Source of the DNA: an uncultured virus (IMG/VR IMGVR_UViG_3300028833_000012) | Lineage: Duplodnaviria; Heunggongvirae; Uroviricota; Caudoviricetes | Virus record (IMG/VR): IMGVR_UViG_3300028833_000012 | Reading direction: 5' to 3' (one strand) | DNA: 64,000 nucleotides | Shown: positions 38,349 to 47,818 of the stretch, in pieces | Layout: each line of letters starts with the position of its first letter | How positions within the stretch are numbered: position 1 is the first letter of the stretch | Position numbers and translations under genes: made by a program | The notes under the pieces: model-generated | The model's database searches: none | Seen by the model: the letters and a program-made list of their open reading frames with translations, nothing else | Told to the model about the DNA's origin: nothing

Positions 38349-38909
38349 ATGATTAAGAACGGCAGACCCTACACCAACGAAAATGGATGTGTAGATGGCT
38401 CTTTAATCACACACTGCGAGCCTCACGAGGTGCGTGAAGTTGGCGAATGGATTAAGAAGAACATACGGCCCGCCAGAACGATCTATTGTGTAACAAGTTA
38501 CGGATTGAAACATTCGGTGGAAGGCGCAACAAATATTTATCTAACCAACAACCAGTTTAAGGATGCTATGTTGCTTGCCGGATACAAGCCGGTCGATCCG
38601 GACGAACTAAATTGGCGCTATCGGATACAGTTTGTAGACGAATTCAACAACAATCCATTCTTGCGCTGGGCCAAGCGTTTCTCTCATGAAGATTCCCCTC
38701 GCGGCGACTTTGTCCGTGACGCGAGTTGCGCGAATTGCTTGGATATTGGCTTCCCGGTGTTTGCCGATTACTCGATCATCCTTAATTACCTTTACAGTAT
38801 CGGTGCGTGTCAGGAAGCGATTGATGCATTTGATGAATTGTGGTCAGAATATTCCGGAAACGAACAAAATGGTGGTTGTGTGAAGCGATACGGAGTGGCG
38901 GAGAACTGA
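38349..38909 (+). CDS. two-domain hypothetical protein with C-terminal YozE SAM-like domain
   Basis: SYGLKH...YLTNNQFKDAM; FLRW...DSPRGDFVRDA...FP...AFDELWSEY; more AT-rich than flanks. Confidence 0.6.
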   Translation: MIKNGRPYTNENGCVDGSLITHCEPHEVREVGEWIKKNIRPARTIYCVTSYGLKHSVEGATNIYLTNNQFKDAMLLAGYKPVDPDELNWRYRIQFVDEFNNNPFLRWAKRFSHEDSPRGDFVRDASCANCLDIGFPVFADYSIILNYLYSIGACQEAIDAFDELWSEYSGNEQNGGCVKRYGVAEN

Positions 38910-39430
38910 TTTGCGGAGAACTGAACAGACACGGACTTGCTTCGAATCGTGTGGCTAAGACCCGATAAGGAATAGATCTGACCCGCGGTGATGGGCAACG
39001 AAATGGAACTGCTCAGAGTTGCTTTGACCAGAGACGGAATCGCGTGGATGAGAACGGACTCGACATGGATGGGCACGGAATCGCGGTGATCTGATCTGAT
39101 AAGGAGTGGAATTGCGATGAACGGAAACGGATTGGATCAGAATAGTATAGCAGATAACTGAACCGAGATGAAATGGAGGCGCAGTGATTGGCTCCGACTT
39201 GAAACGGAGTTGCTCTGAACGGATAAGACCGGAAACGGAAAGGCACGGTTAAGAGGAGAGAAGCAGCGGATTGGCCGCGCACCGACACGACGGGAGATGG
39301 AGTGGAAAGGCAAGGACCCGAGCCGAGCCGAGTAGCAATGGAAGCGAATCGAACAGCGCCGATAAGAAACGGAAAAGATCCGAAGAGCCTGGAACAGAAA
39401 AGGACCTGCTCTGCACAGAAAAGCAGCAAA
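38880..39430 (+). repeat. 5-nt-periodic non-coding array (NNG[A/C]N pentamers punctuated by RNGGAN hexamers); candidate guide-RNA array
   Basis: Manual parse: 17 hexamers at 38890, 38931, 38967, 39003, 39034, 39065, 39075, 39106, 39127, 39173, 39204, 39235, 39266, 39302, 39338, 39369, 39400; 85 of 86 pentamers have G at position 3. Confidence 0.9.
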
Positions 39431-39467
39431 ACGCACGCCACCATCACGCAAAAAGGAGATCACCAAC

Positions 39468-39689
39468 ATGACCGTCACACAAGACACCATCTTCGACGTA
39501 GGCCAGTATCTCTACCATCGCCGCAAGACCGTCGGCAAAACCATGCTCGACATCGAGCACACCCACGGCGTGTCGCACTCGACCGTGGACGACATCGAGA
39601 GCGGCAAGACCAAGCCGCTGCTGTACACGCTGGTGCTGATCTGCGAGGCGCTGGGACTGGAAGTCGTGATCCGGGAGAAACAGCGGTGA
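39468..39689 (+). CDS. XRE-family HTH protein
   Basis: GVSHSTVDDIESGKTKPLLYTLVLICEALG. Confidence 0.8.
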   Translation: MTVTQDTIFDVGQYLYHRRKTVGKTMLDIEHTHGVSHSTVDDIESGKTKPLLYTLVLICEALGLEVVIREKQR

Positions 39690-39874
39690 AGCCGCCGTGC
39701 AAGGACTGCCCGGAGCGGAACGAACTGTGTCATGCGACCTGCGAGAAGTACAAGGCATACAGGGCGGAGCGCGAGGCGCTCTACGAAGATCGCCACCAGC
39801 GCTGGGAACGCAGACACGAAGTCTCTGAACAGATGCTGAAGCGGGCACAGGCCAAAAAGCGGAAGAAGCAATGA
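39686..39874 (+). CDS. small Cys-rich protein
   Basis: PCKDCPER..CHATCEKY. Confidence 0.55.
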   Translation: MKPPCKDCPERNELCHATCEKYKAYRAEREALYEDRHQRWERRHEVSEQMLKRAQAKKRKKQ

Positions 39875-40442
39875 AAGCGAGGCGATGCGAATGAAGGTGG
39901 TCATCATCTTCAACAACGGCGGACACATCACGTTCGACCCGGACAAGGTGCTGGTCGTCCCGGTCGTCGAGTCGGTGCGCGACTTCCGGCATGAACTGCG
40001 CGACGGCAAGCTGGTTGTTGTCCGCGACCAAATCACAGCCATCCAACCGCTGCGGGAAGAGGAGGCATGGGACGCATGATCTGGCTGACCGCAATCCTCC
40101 TGATCGTCGCCAATGCGAACGGCGTGACCATCCCGGTCCCGGCATGGATCGTCTGGGGCGTGTGGGCGATTGTCGCAACAGCAGCAGTCTTCCTGCGTGT
40201 GGAGGACGAAGAAGACTAACCACCCCGCCCAGCCTTCAAGGCAAGCGGAACATTTCACCTCACCCGTGCCGCCCTGTGTTCTGCGCGCACCAGGGAGCGC
40301 GGAGGGCATTGAAGGGCGACTGTGGGCGGGGACATGGTTCAGCGGTCAGCCATAAACCGCTCCGGGCGGGGAGCCTGTGAAACGGCGAATGCCGCGTAGC
40401 TCGTGAGGATCCGCCCGGTTACAAATAGCGAAATGTTAGGAG

Positions 40443-40907
40443 ATGAACATGATGACAGTCGAAGAACGCGCCGGTGCGTTACTTACAAAGAAAGACCTTT
40501 CCGAAGAACGCCACAACAAGTCTTTGACCAGCGAACAGGTCTATGCCGACTTCTGCCATAACCTGGAGCACCCTTTCCTTGCGATCATCGGAGCTGATGC
40601 CAAACGCTATGCACGCACCGGGGAACCGTTTGTGTTGCATCGCAGGATCACGGTTTTGACGGAGACTGACGATGAAGCGCGTGCTCTCTACTACAACGAA
40701 GGGGACACATGGAGAATCTCAGGCAATGCCCTTATATGGAAGTGGCTGAGAGACACCTATCCGGGCCTGCAAACGCCGGGAATGCGGTTTGGCACAAAAG
40801 GGGAAAAACTTCTGCTTGAGAACAACCCTGACAGATACCAGTTCGTGCGCGACATCTACAAAGAGCGGATCAAGCGCAAGCAAGCTGAAATTGAGGAAGC
40901 GAGGTGA
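40443..40907 (+). CDS. hypothetical protein
   Basis: AGGAG RBS, 154 aa. Confidence 0.55.
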   Translation: MNMMTVEERAGALLTKKDLSEERHNKSLTSEQVYADFCHNLEHPFLAIIGADAKRYARTGEPFVLHRRITVLTETDDEARALYYNEGDTWRISGNALIWKWLRDTYPGLQTPGMRFGTKGEKLLLENNPDRYQFVRDIYKERIKRKQAEIEEAR

Positions 40908-40915
40908 ACTAACCA

Positions 40916-41755
40916 TTGAAAATGATCGAGCACGGGCTTTCCGAGGCCCAGTACAACGAGCGAGACGGCATACGGAGAAGTGCCTTATGGAAAATCTCCA
41001 GAAGTCCGCAACACTTCAAGTACGAACTGGAGAACCCGCCGGAACGGTCCCAGGCATTTCTGTTCGGCGCAGCCGCTCATGACGCCGTACTGCTCCCGCA
41101 CACTTTCTCCAAGCAGTACGCGGTAGCCAAGTACGACGGACGGACCAAGGACGGAAAAGCGGAACGGCAGGAAGCCACAGAAAAAGGCATCACGCTCTTG
41201 ACTGTTGACCAGATGAACGCCATCGACGGCATCGTCAAGGCCATTGAAGACAACCCAAAGGCAAAGCGGATGCTGGACGGACCGCACGAGATCAGTTACT
41301 TCTGGACGGACGAGAGCACCGGAGAACTGTGCAAGTGCAGAACGGACTGTGAAACGAACATAGACGGCCAGCACTTCATCGTTGATCTCAAGACATGCGC
41401 GGATGCCAGTACGGATGCCTTCATGCGCGATGCCATCAAGTACGGATACTTCATGCAGGCGGCGATGTACTGCGAGGGCGTGAAGACCGTGACAGGCGTT
41501 GACAGCATCTTCGTCTTCGTGGCGGTCGAGAAAGAAAGCCCCCACGCCATCAACATCATCCCGTGCGAAGAGAGCCAGATCCGTCTTGGCCTGGACGGTG
41601 ACAGGTACGGGAGAGTCAAGGGCTACCGCGAATTGCTTGGAACATACCATAGGTGTAAGGAATCCGGGAAGTGGCCAGGCCCGATGGGCTTCGATGATGA
41701 GATCAGCAGGTTCAGCCTCCCACAGTGGCTGACTGATGAAGAAAAAGAGGAGTGA
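40916..41755 (+). CDS. RecE/Exo VIII-like PD-(D/E)XK exonuclease (DUF3799-like)
   Basis: FGAAAH, LCKCRTD...IVDLKT, YGYFMQAAMY, FVFVAVEK. Confidence 0.85.
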   Translation: MKMIEHGLSEAQYNERDGIRRSALWKISRSPQHFKYELENPPERSQAFLFGAAAHDAVLLPHTFSKQYAVAKYDGRTKDGKAERQEATEKGITLLTVDQMNAIDGIVKAIEDNPKAKRMLDGPHEISYFWTDESTGELCKCRTDCETNIDGQHFIVDLKTCADASTDAFMRDAIKYGYFMQAAMYCEGVKTVTGVDSIFVFVAVEKESPHAINIIPCEESQIRLGLDGDRYGRVKGYRELLGTYHRCKESGKWPGPMGFDDEISRFSLPQWLTDEEKEE

Positions 41756-42471
41756 ACAAGATGAGTGAGACCACAGCGGTATCTGTTCCGCAGGAGCAGG
41801 ACACGCAGACCGCGCTGACCAAGGTGCCGACCACCGGCGTCGCTGACATCTGGCTGGACAAGGAGCGCTTCGACCAGGCGGTACGCGTGGCATCTGCCTT
41901 CAGCCGGACCGACATTGTGCCGCAGAACTACCAGAACAAGCCGGAGAACTGCCTCATCGCGCTGGATGTTGCCGCCCGGATGGGCATGAGCCCGCTGACG
42001 GTAATGCAATCACTATTTGTGGTCAAAGGCCGTCCGACCTGGTCCGGTCAGGCATGCATGAGCATGATCCAAGGGTGCGGCAAGTTCACAGACGTGCGGC
42101 TGGTATACACCGGGACGAAGGGCACGGAGAACCGTGGCTGCTACATCGAGGCCACCCGCATCTCGGACGGTGAGATCGTCGAGGGCACCGAAGTCACGCT
42201 GGCGATGGCGCGAGCCGAAGGATGGACAAGCAACAGCAAGTGGAAGAACATGCCGGAACAGATGCTCGGATATAGGGCAGCGGCATTCTTCGCAAGGCTC
42301 CATTGCCCGGACGCACTGATGGGCTTCCAGACAGCCGAAGAGGTGGAAGACGTGAGCGGAAACACCAAACCGAAGAGCACAGCACAACGGCTGGCGGCGG
42401 CACTGAAAGTAGATGCGGCACCGACAGCGGAACAGACCAACAGCGTGGCGGAGGCGCTGAGAGCGGAATAA
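41752..42471 (+). CDS. RecT-like single-strand annealing protein
   Basis: VPQNYQNKPENC...VMQSLFVVKGRP...WKNMPEQML.YRAAAFFAR; paired with exonuclease. Confidence 0.8.
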   Translation: MNKMSETTAVSVPQEQDTQTALTKVPTTGVADIWLDKERFDQAVRVASAFSRTDIVPQNYQNKPENCLIALDVAARMGMSPLTVMQSLFVVKGRPTWSGQACMSMIQGCGKFTDVRLVYTGTKGTENRGCYIEATRISDGEIVEGTEVTLAMARAEGWTSNSKWKNMPEQMLGYRAAAFFARLHCPDALMGFQTAEEVEDVSGNTKPKSTAQRLAAALKVDAAPTAEQTNSVAEALRAE

Positions 42472-42481
42472 GGAGGACAAC

Positions 42482-42901
42482 ATGAACAAATGCAGTTTTA
42501 CCGGGCGGTTGACCAAGGATCCGGTGGTGCGGCAGACCCAGAGCGGGATCTCCGTGGCGAGCTTCTCCCTGGCGGTTGACCGCCCCGGCACGGGCAAAGA
42601 CAACAAGATCACGGACTTCTTCGACTTCACGGTATGGGGCGGCAAGGATGGCCCTGGACGCGCCGGTGTGATCGAGAAGTACTTCCACAAGGGCGATGCC
42701 ATCACGATCACGGACGCAAACGCACAGGTGCGGAAGTGGAAGGACAAGGACGGCAACGACCGCCAGACTGTGGAGTTTGTAGTCCGGGACTTTGAGTTCG
42801 CGATGGGCAAGCGCGGGGACGGGCAGACCGGGCAAAATGCACAGCCGCCCGAACGGCCTGCCCAGTTCACGCAGGTCGATAACGACAGCTTACCATTCTG
42901 A
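42482..42901 (+). CDS. ssb: single-stranded DNA-binding protein
   Basis: MNK..FTGRLTKDP...FSLAVDR, acidic C-terminal DSLPF. Confidence 0.93.
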   Translation: MNKCSFTGRLTKDPVVRQTQSGISVASFSLAVDRPGTGKDNKITDFFDFTVWGGKDGPGRAGVIEKYFHKGDAITITDANAQVRKWKDKDGNDRQTVEFVVRDFEFAMGKRGDGQTGQNAQPPERPAQFTQVDNDSLPF

Positions 42902-43539
42902 TGAGCAAGAAATACGAATTGCTTGGGCAGAGGTTCGGAAACTTGACCGTTGTTGAGAAGTGTGAGTCTAATGCACACGGTGAAATTAAATGGAAGTGTA
43001 TATGCGATTGCGGAAATGAGCACTTCGCAACATCGCATAGGCTCATTACTGGAGAAACGCAGCGTTGCACAGAATGCAAGATTGAGTTGATCAGGAAGGC
43101 CAATACAACGCACGGGTGTAAACCAGCCGAACTGTACTGGAAGTATCAAAACATGCTCACACGTTGCTACAACAAGAAGTACACCTTGTTCCACAGATAC
43201 GGCGGTAGGGGAATTAAAGTGTGCGACGAGTGGAGACATTCGTTTGTGGCCTTCAGAGACTGGGCTCTGAGCCATGGCTACAAGACGGGTCTCACGCTTG
43301 ACAGGATAGACAATGACGGAGACTATAGCCCAAACAATTGCAGATGGGCAACTGTGACAGAGCAAGCAAACAACAGATCAACAAACAGAATCGTTACTGT
43401 CAACGGAGAAACGGACACACTGGCCAATTGGGCAAGAAGGGCAAACGCAAAATACTCGTACATTCAGCACCTTCTCGACATTGGAATGGACCCGGACGAT
43501 GTGATTGGCTCGCTATTACAAGAGGTGTCGCACAAATGA
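42901..43539 (+). CDS. free-standing HNH-like homing endonuclease
   Basis: GQRFGNLTV...WKCICDCGN...YGGRGIKVCDEW...TLDRIDNDGDYSPNNCRW. Confidence 0.82.
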   Translation: MSKKYELLGQRFGNLTVVEKCESNAHGEIKWKCICDCGNEHFATSHRLITGETQRCTECKIELIRKANTTHGCKPAELYWKYQNMLTRCYNKKYTLFHRYGGRGIKVCDEWRHSFVAFRDWALSHGYKTGLTLDRIDNDGDYSPNNCRWATVTEQANNRSTNRIVTVNGETDTLANWARRANAKYSYIQHLLDIGMDPDDVIGSLLQEVSHK

Positions 43540-43991
43540 TCGTTTCTGACACCCGCGAAAAAGCGAACGATCACGTTCTCAAATACTTCGACAGGCACGG
43601 CATTGAATACAGGGTTGCAAAAGTAGACACAGGTGACTACATGCTGGATGAGAGACCAGACTTAAGGGTTGAGAGGAAAAAATCACTGTCAGAGCTTTGC
43701 ATGAACCTGTGTTCGCCGGACCGGCGGCGGTTCTACAACGAGGTCCGCAGGGCACATGACCATGGCATCCGGCTGGTGATCCTGTGCGAGCAGGCCGGAA
43801 TCAAGACGTTCGCGGACATCGCCGGATGGAAGAACAAGTATGGCAAGGTCACCGGGCGGCAGTTGCAGGACGCGATCTACCGGCTTGAGGTGGGCTACAG
43901 CGTCCCGGTACTCTTCTGTGACAAGCGGAGCACCGGGCGCAGGATCATCGAAATACTGACGGAGGACGCATCCGACCCGGCACAGGGATGA
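43536..43991 (+). CDS. ERCC4-domain nuclease (putative Holliday junction resolvase)
   Basis: DTRE...GDY...VERK motif. Confidence 0.85.
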   Translation: MIVSDTREKANDHVLKYFDRHGIEYRVAKVDTGDYMLDERPDLRVERKKSLSELCMNLCSPDRRRFYNEVRRAHDHGIRLVILCEQAGIKTFADIAGWKNKYGKVTGRQLQDAIYRLEVGYSVPVLFCDKRSTGRRIIEILTEDASDPAQG

Positions 43992-44028
43992 AATGCAGAT
44001 TCAAGATACTGACGGAGGTAAAACAACG

Positions 44029-44319
44029 ATGGAGAACATCGACTTTAACGGTGACATCCTCAGACGGATGGGTTTCGGTGAAGCGATGGACGCGCTGAAC
44101 CGACTTGTGGAGTCCGCGACCGTTGGTGGCAAGAAGGAAAAGCCCGAACCGGTGCAGGACGAGGAGGCAAAGCGGCGGGAGATGATGAGTGAAGTGAACC
44201 GCCGCTTCGCAAGCGATGTGCGGGCGATGTACGAAGCATTCGAGGACGCCGGGTTCGACGCGCATGAGGCCTTCGTCCTGACGCACGACTTCATGCTTCA
44301 GATGATCGCGAAGAAATGA
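44029..44319 (+). CDS. hypothetical protein
   Basis: GGAGG RBS; MYEAFEDAGFDAHEAF. Confidence 0.55.
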   Translation: MENIDFNGDILRRMGFGEAMDALNRLVESATVGGKKEKPEPVQDEEAKRREMMSEVNRRFASDVRAMYEAFEDAGFDAHEAFVLTHDFMLQMIAKK

Positions 44320-44885
44320 CACGCGACGCTGTGCCGCTGATCAAGCAGACCCTGACGGCAAAGGACGTGGCAGTCGCGCTCGGCCTGAAGGTTGACCGGA
44401 ACGACCGATGCCCATGCCTGTGGCACAACGACCGCCACCCAAGCATGAAGCTCTACCCCGGCGACCGTGGGTGCTACTGCTTCGCCTGCCATCAGGGCGG
44501 GGACGTGATCGACATGACGATGCAAGCGCTGAACGTGCCGCTGAAGGACGCTGTAGCGTGGCTGAACGAGGCGTTTCACCTTGGACTGGACAACGGTCCG
44601 GCAGACGGTGAAACCGCCATGAAGGCCGCGAAGAGCGCCGCAGACAGGCGCAGGAGAGCGCGGGAGGCAAAGACCGCCATGCGAAACCACATCCTCGATC
44701 TTCAGCACGACGCGGACGCACTCGCAAGGATCGTGGACGAAGCCATCGAAGCCGAAAGGCCGAGGCGGTACAGCGACGGTTTCTCCGACCGCTTCACCGC
44801 CGCCCTGATGGCGAGAGAGGAACTGGCCGAGATCAATACGGATCTGGCCGTGCTGCTCATGAGAGAGCAGGAGACAAGGACATGA
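44316..44885 (+). CDS. CHC2 zinc-finger protein (primase-type ZBD without TOPRIM)
   Basis: CPCLWHNDRHPSMK...CFACHQGGDVID. Confidence 0.85.
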   Translation: MTRDAVPLIKQTLTAKDVAVALGLKVDRNDRCPCLWHNDRHPSMKLYPGDRGCYCFACHQGGDVIDMTMQALNVPLKDAVAWLNEAFHLGLDNGPADGETAMKAAKSAADRRRRAREAKTAMRNHILDLQHDADALARIVDEAIEAERPRRYSDGFSDRFTAALMAREELAEINTDLAVLLMREQETRT

Positions 44886-45136
44886 CAGACGCGGAAGTCA
44901 TCGCTACGCATCAGGCGTATGCGGACCAACACAAGAAGGCCTTCCGGGTGGCGTTCGACTGCTTGAATGCACTCTGGCCGCCGAAGAACGACCCGGAATG
45001 GTTCATGAACACCGCTTACCCGATCTGCGCGGCGGCGTACATCGAGAACCGGGAGAACGCGCTGGCGCGGGAGATGGTGATGATGGTGTTTGGGTATTTG
45101 GAGAGAATGGCTGGACATTTACGAGATCAGGTGTAA
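44882..45136 (+). CDS. hypothetical protein
   Basis: Coupled ORF. Confidence 0.5.
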   Translation: MTDAEVIATHQAYADQHKKAFRVAFDCLNALWPPKNDPEWFMNTAYPICAAAYIENRENALAREMVMMVFGYLERMAGHLRDQV

Positions 45137-45138
45137 AA

Positions 45139-46530
45139 ATGACGTATGAAGAGTATCTGAAGCAAAAGAAGATCACAACGGAAAGCACAGGATTTGAGTG
45201 CCAAAACAGAAACCCAAAGCTGTTTGACTGGCAAAACGACGTCGCACTGTGGGCCATAAGAAAAGGCCGCGCCGGGATTTTCTCCGACTGCGGCCTCGGC
45301 AAGACAGCTATTCAGCTTTGGTGGGCACAGCAAATCACCGAGCATGAACATCGTCCTGTTCTGATTCTTGCGCCTTTGGCCGTGGCACAGCAGACGAAAC
45401 GGGAAGGTGACAAGTTCGGTGTGCCTGTTACGGTATGTCGGACACAGGCCGACGTCAGGGATGGCGTGAACATCACCAACTACGAGATGATGAATCACTT
45501 TGACGCCGATGCCTTCTGCGGGGTTGTGCTGGACGAAAGCGGCATCCTGAAAGCCTACATGGGAAAGACAAAGCGTGCGCTGATTCGGATGTGGGAAAAC
45601 ACGCAATACAAACTCGTCTGCACAGCCACACCGAGTCCGAACGACCAAATGGAGATTCTGAACCAGGCGGAGTATCTCGGCGTCATGAAAAGCAACGAAG
45701 CGCTTGCAATCTGGTTCATCGCGGATCAGAGCGCAATGGGAACCTACAGGCTTAAACGTCATGGCATTGAATCGTTCTGGGACTGGTGCGCCACATGGTG
45801 CGTATGCTTTCAGAAGCCGAGCGATCTGAGCAGCCGATATTCGGATGACGGCTACGACCTCCCGCCGCTGAACGAGCACGACGTTGTGCTGCCAATCGAC
45901 GAACTGGACGAGACATTTACTGACGGACTTGTCCGGAATATTCAGACAAGCGCCACCGGGTTTCACAAGGAAAAGCGCGTCACGCTGAAGCAGCGTTGCG
46001 CCAAATGCAAGGAAATCGCCGACGGTATTGACGGGCAGGTGCTGATCTGGTGCTTCACCAACGATGAAGCAGACGAATTGAAACGCATTATGCCGGATGC
46101 AACGGAGATTCGCGGGAGCGACAGCGTTGAAGTAAAGGAAAAGGCCGTTGAGGACTTCGCAAGCGGAAAGATTCGGGTGCTGATTTCAAAAAGCTCCATC
46201 TTTGGTTTCGGTATCAACTGGCAAAACTGCTGCAACGCCATCTTCTGCGGCATGGATTACAGCTATGAAGGCTATTACCAGGCCGTCCGCAGGCTGTACA
46301 GATTCGGCCAGCAGAATCCCGTCAACTGCTATCTTGTTATCGGGAGCACAGAACAAAACATCCTGAACACGATTCGGGAAAAGCAGCGTCTCCAGGATGT
46401 CATGCACCAAGGCATTGTGAGCGCGATGATTCGCCGGAATGAGGTTGGTGAACGAAAATACTTCAAAAAATACAAGCAGGAAAACAGGACAGTTGACGTT
46501 CCTGAATGGCTGAGGAGTGAAGTGCCATGA
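45139..46530 (+). CDS. SF2 (SNF2-like) helicase
   Basis: DCGLGKT, VLDESG, TATPSPND, FGFGINWQ, QAVRRLYRFGQ. Confidence 0.9.
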   Translation: MTYEEYLKQKKITTESTGFECQNRNPKLFDWQNDVALWAIRKGRAGIFSDCGLGKTAIQLWWAQQITEHEHRPVLILAPLAVAQQTKREGDKFGVPVTVCRTQADVRDGVNITNYEMMNHFDADAFCGVVLDESGILKAYMGKTKRALIRMWENTQYKLVCTATPSPNDQMEILNQAEYLGVMKSNEALAIWFIADQSAMGTYRLKRHGIESFWDWCATWCVCFQKPSDLSSRYSDDGYDLPPLNEHDVVLPIDELDETFTDGLVRNIQTSATGFHKEKRVTLKQRCAKCKEIADGIDGQVLIWCFTNDEADELKRIMPDATEIRGSDSVEVKEKAVEDFASGKIRVLISKSSIFGFGINWQNCCNAIFCGMDYSYEGYYQAVRRLYRFGQQNPVNCYLVIGSTEQNILNTIREKQRLQDVMHQGIVSAMIRRNEVGERKYFKKYKQENRTVDVPEWLRSEVP

Positions 46531-47531
46531 GCGAAACGATTTCCAAGATTCCGTGCGTGACCGGGCGGGATTACTGTCTCTACAACGGAGACTGTGTAGA
46601 GGTGACAGCAGGACTTCCAGATAACAGTGTTGACTTTATGGTGTTCTCTCCGCCGTTTGTCAACCTGTACATCTACAGTGACGACATCCGGGACATGGGC
46701 AACTGCAAGGACATGGACGCTTTCTTTGAACAGTATAGCTATTTGACCGAAAACCTGTACCGGATCCTCCGCGTCGGGCGGCTGATGGCCGTTCACTGCA
46801 AGCAGACCGTGCGCTACAAGGGGCGAGACGGCGTGGCCGGATGGACGGACTTCCGTGGCGAACTGATCCGCCACTATGAGAAGCACGGGTTCACCTATCA
46901 CAGCGAGGTCGTCATCTGGACGGACCCGGTTCTCGAAATGCAGAAGACAAAAACCCAGCGTCTCCTGTACAAACAGCTTCGCAGCGACGCTTCGCACAGC
47001 GGAATCGGAATGCCTGAGTATCTGCTGATTTTCCGCAAGTGGGATGAGGACATGGAGGAACAGGAAATCCCCATCCGGCACTACGCGAACGAGGCTGAAT
47101 GCAAGCGTAACGGCGGGGATGAGCTGCAGGTGTTTCCGCTTGAACAGTGGCAGCGATATGCGTCTCCGGTGTGGTTCGACATCCCCAGGACTGACGTGCT
47201 GAACGCGAAGGGAGCGCGGAGCGAGGAGGACGAAAAGCACATCTGTCCCTTGCAACTCACGGTCATTCAGCGGGCAATCGAGCTGTGGAGCAACCCCGGC
47301 GAGATTGTTCTGACCCCGTTTATGGGGATCGGCAGCGAGGCCTACATGGCTGTCAAGCTGGGCCGCAAGGCAATCGGGATTGAGTTGAAGGAAAGCTATT
47401 TCCAACAGGCCGTCCGCAACGTGGAAGATGCGGCACACAAAAACCAGATTGACATCTTCGAGATTTTACAGCAGGTTTCGGAAAATACGGAGGTTACGGA
47501 TGCACGAGATGAAGCTGGGGAGTCTGTTTGA
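46527..47531 (+). CDS. N6-adenine/N4-cytosine DNA methyltransferase (beta class)
   Basis: FSPPF motif IV before HICPLQ and TPFMGIGS motif I. Confidence 0.9.
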   Translation: MSETISKIPCVTGRDYCLYNGDCVEVTAGLPDNSVDFMVFSPPFVNLYIYSDDIRDMGNCKDMDAFFEQYSYLTENLYRILRVGRLMAVHCKQTVRYKGRDGVAGWTDFRGELIRHYEKHGFTYHSEVVIWTDPVLEMQKTKTQRLLYKQLRSDASHSGIGMPEYLLIFRKWDEDMEEQEIPIRHYANEAECKRNGGDELQVFPLEQWQRYASPVWFDIPRTDVLNAKGARSEEDEKHICPLQLTVIQRAIELWSNPGEIVLTPFMGIGSEAYMAVKLGRKAIGIELKESYFQQAVRNVEDAAHKNQIDIFEILQQVSENTEVTDARDEAGESV

Positions 47532-47818
47532 TAAGAGCAAAATGGCATGCCAATGACAGAGACAACGGCGGACTTGAGATTTTCTGCGAAGTCGAATCGG
47601 AGGATGACGATGCTCCATAACGTAAAAATCACACCAATTGATGATGGCCACTACGCCGTAGAACTTGACGGCAAACCTGTCAATGGCGTGACGGATGTGA
47701 AGATCACGATGTCGGTTGATAGTTTGCCGGTCGTATGGATGTGGGTCACTGCCAGATCCGTCGATGTCGAACTGTTGAACGCGGACGTTGAAATGGCGAA
47801 CAGCAAGGAGAACGAATA

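Noticed and set aside
38880..39430. Canonical CRISPR array, or protein-coding ORFs (39013-39447 minus, 39137-39490 minus, 39302-39874 plus)
   Set aside because: No 25-40-bp identical repeats; the 5-nt period is not codon-compatible, and the ORFs lack a convincing RBS and read as low-information sequence
45139..47531. Type III restriction-modification or DISARM-like defence system
   Set aside because: No nuclease domain or partner genes; helicase-MTase pairs are common in phage replication arms
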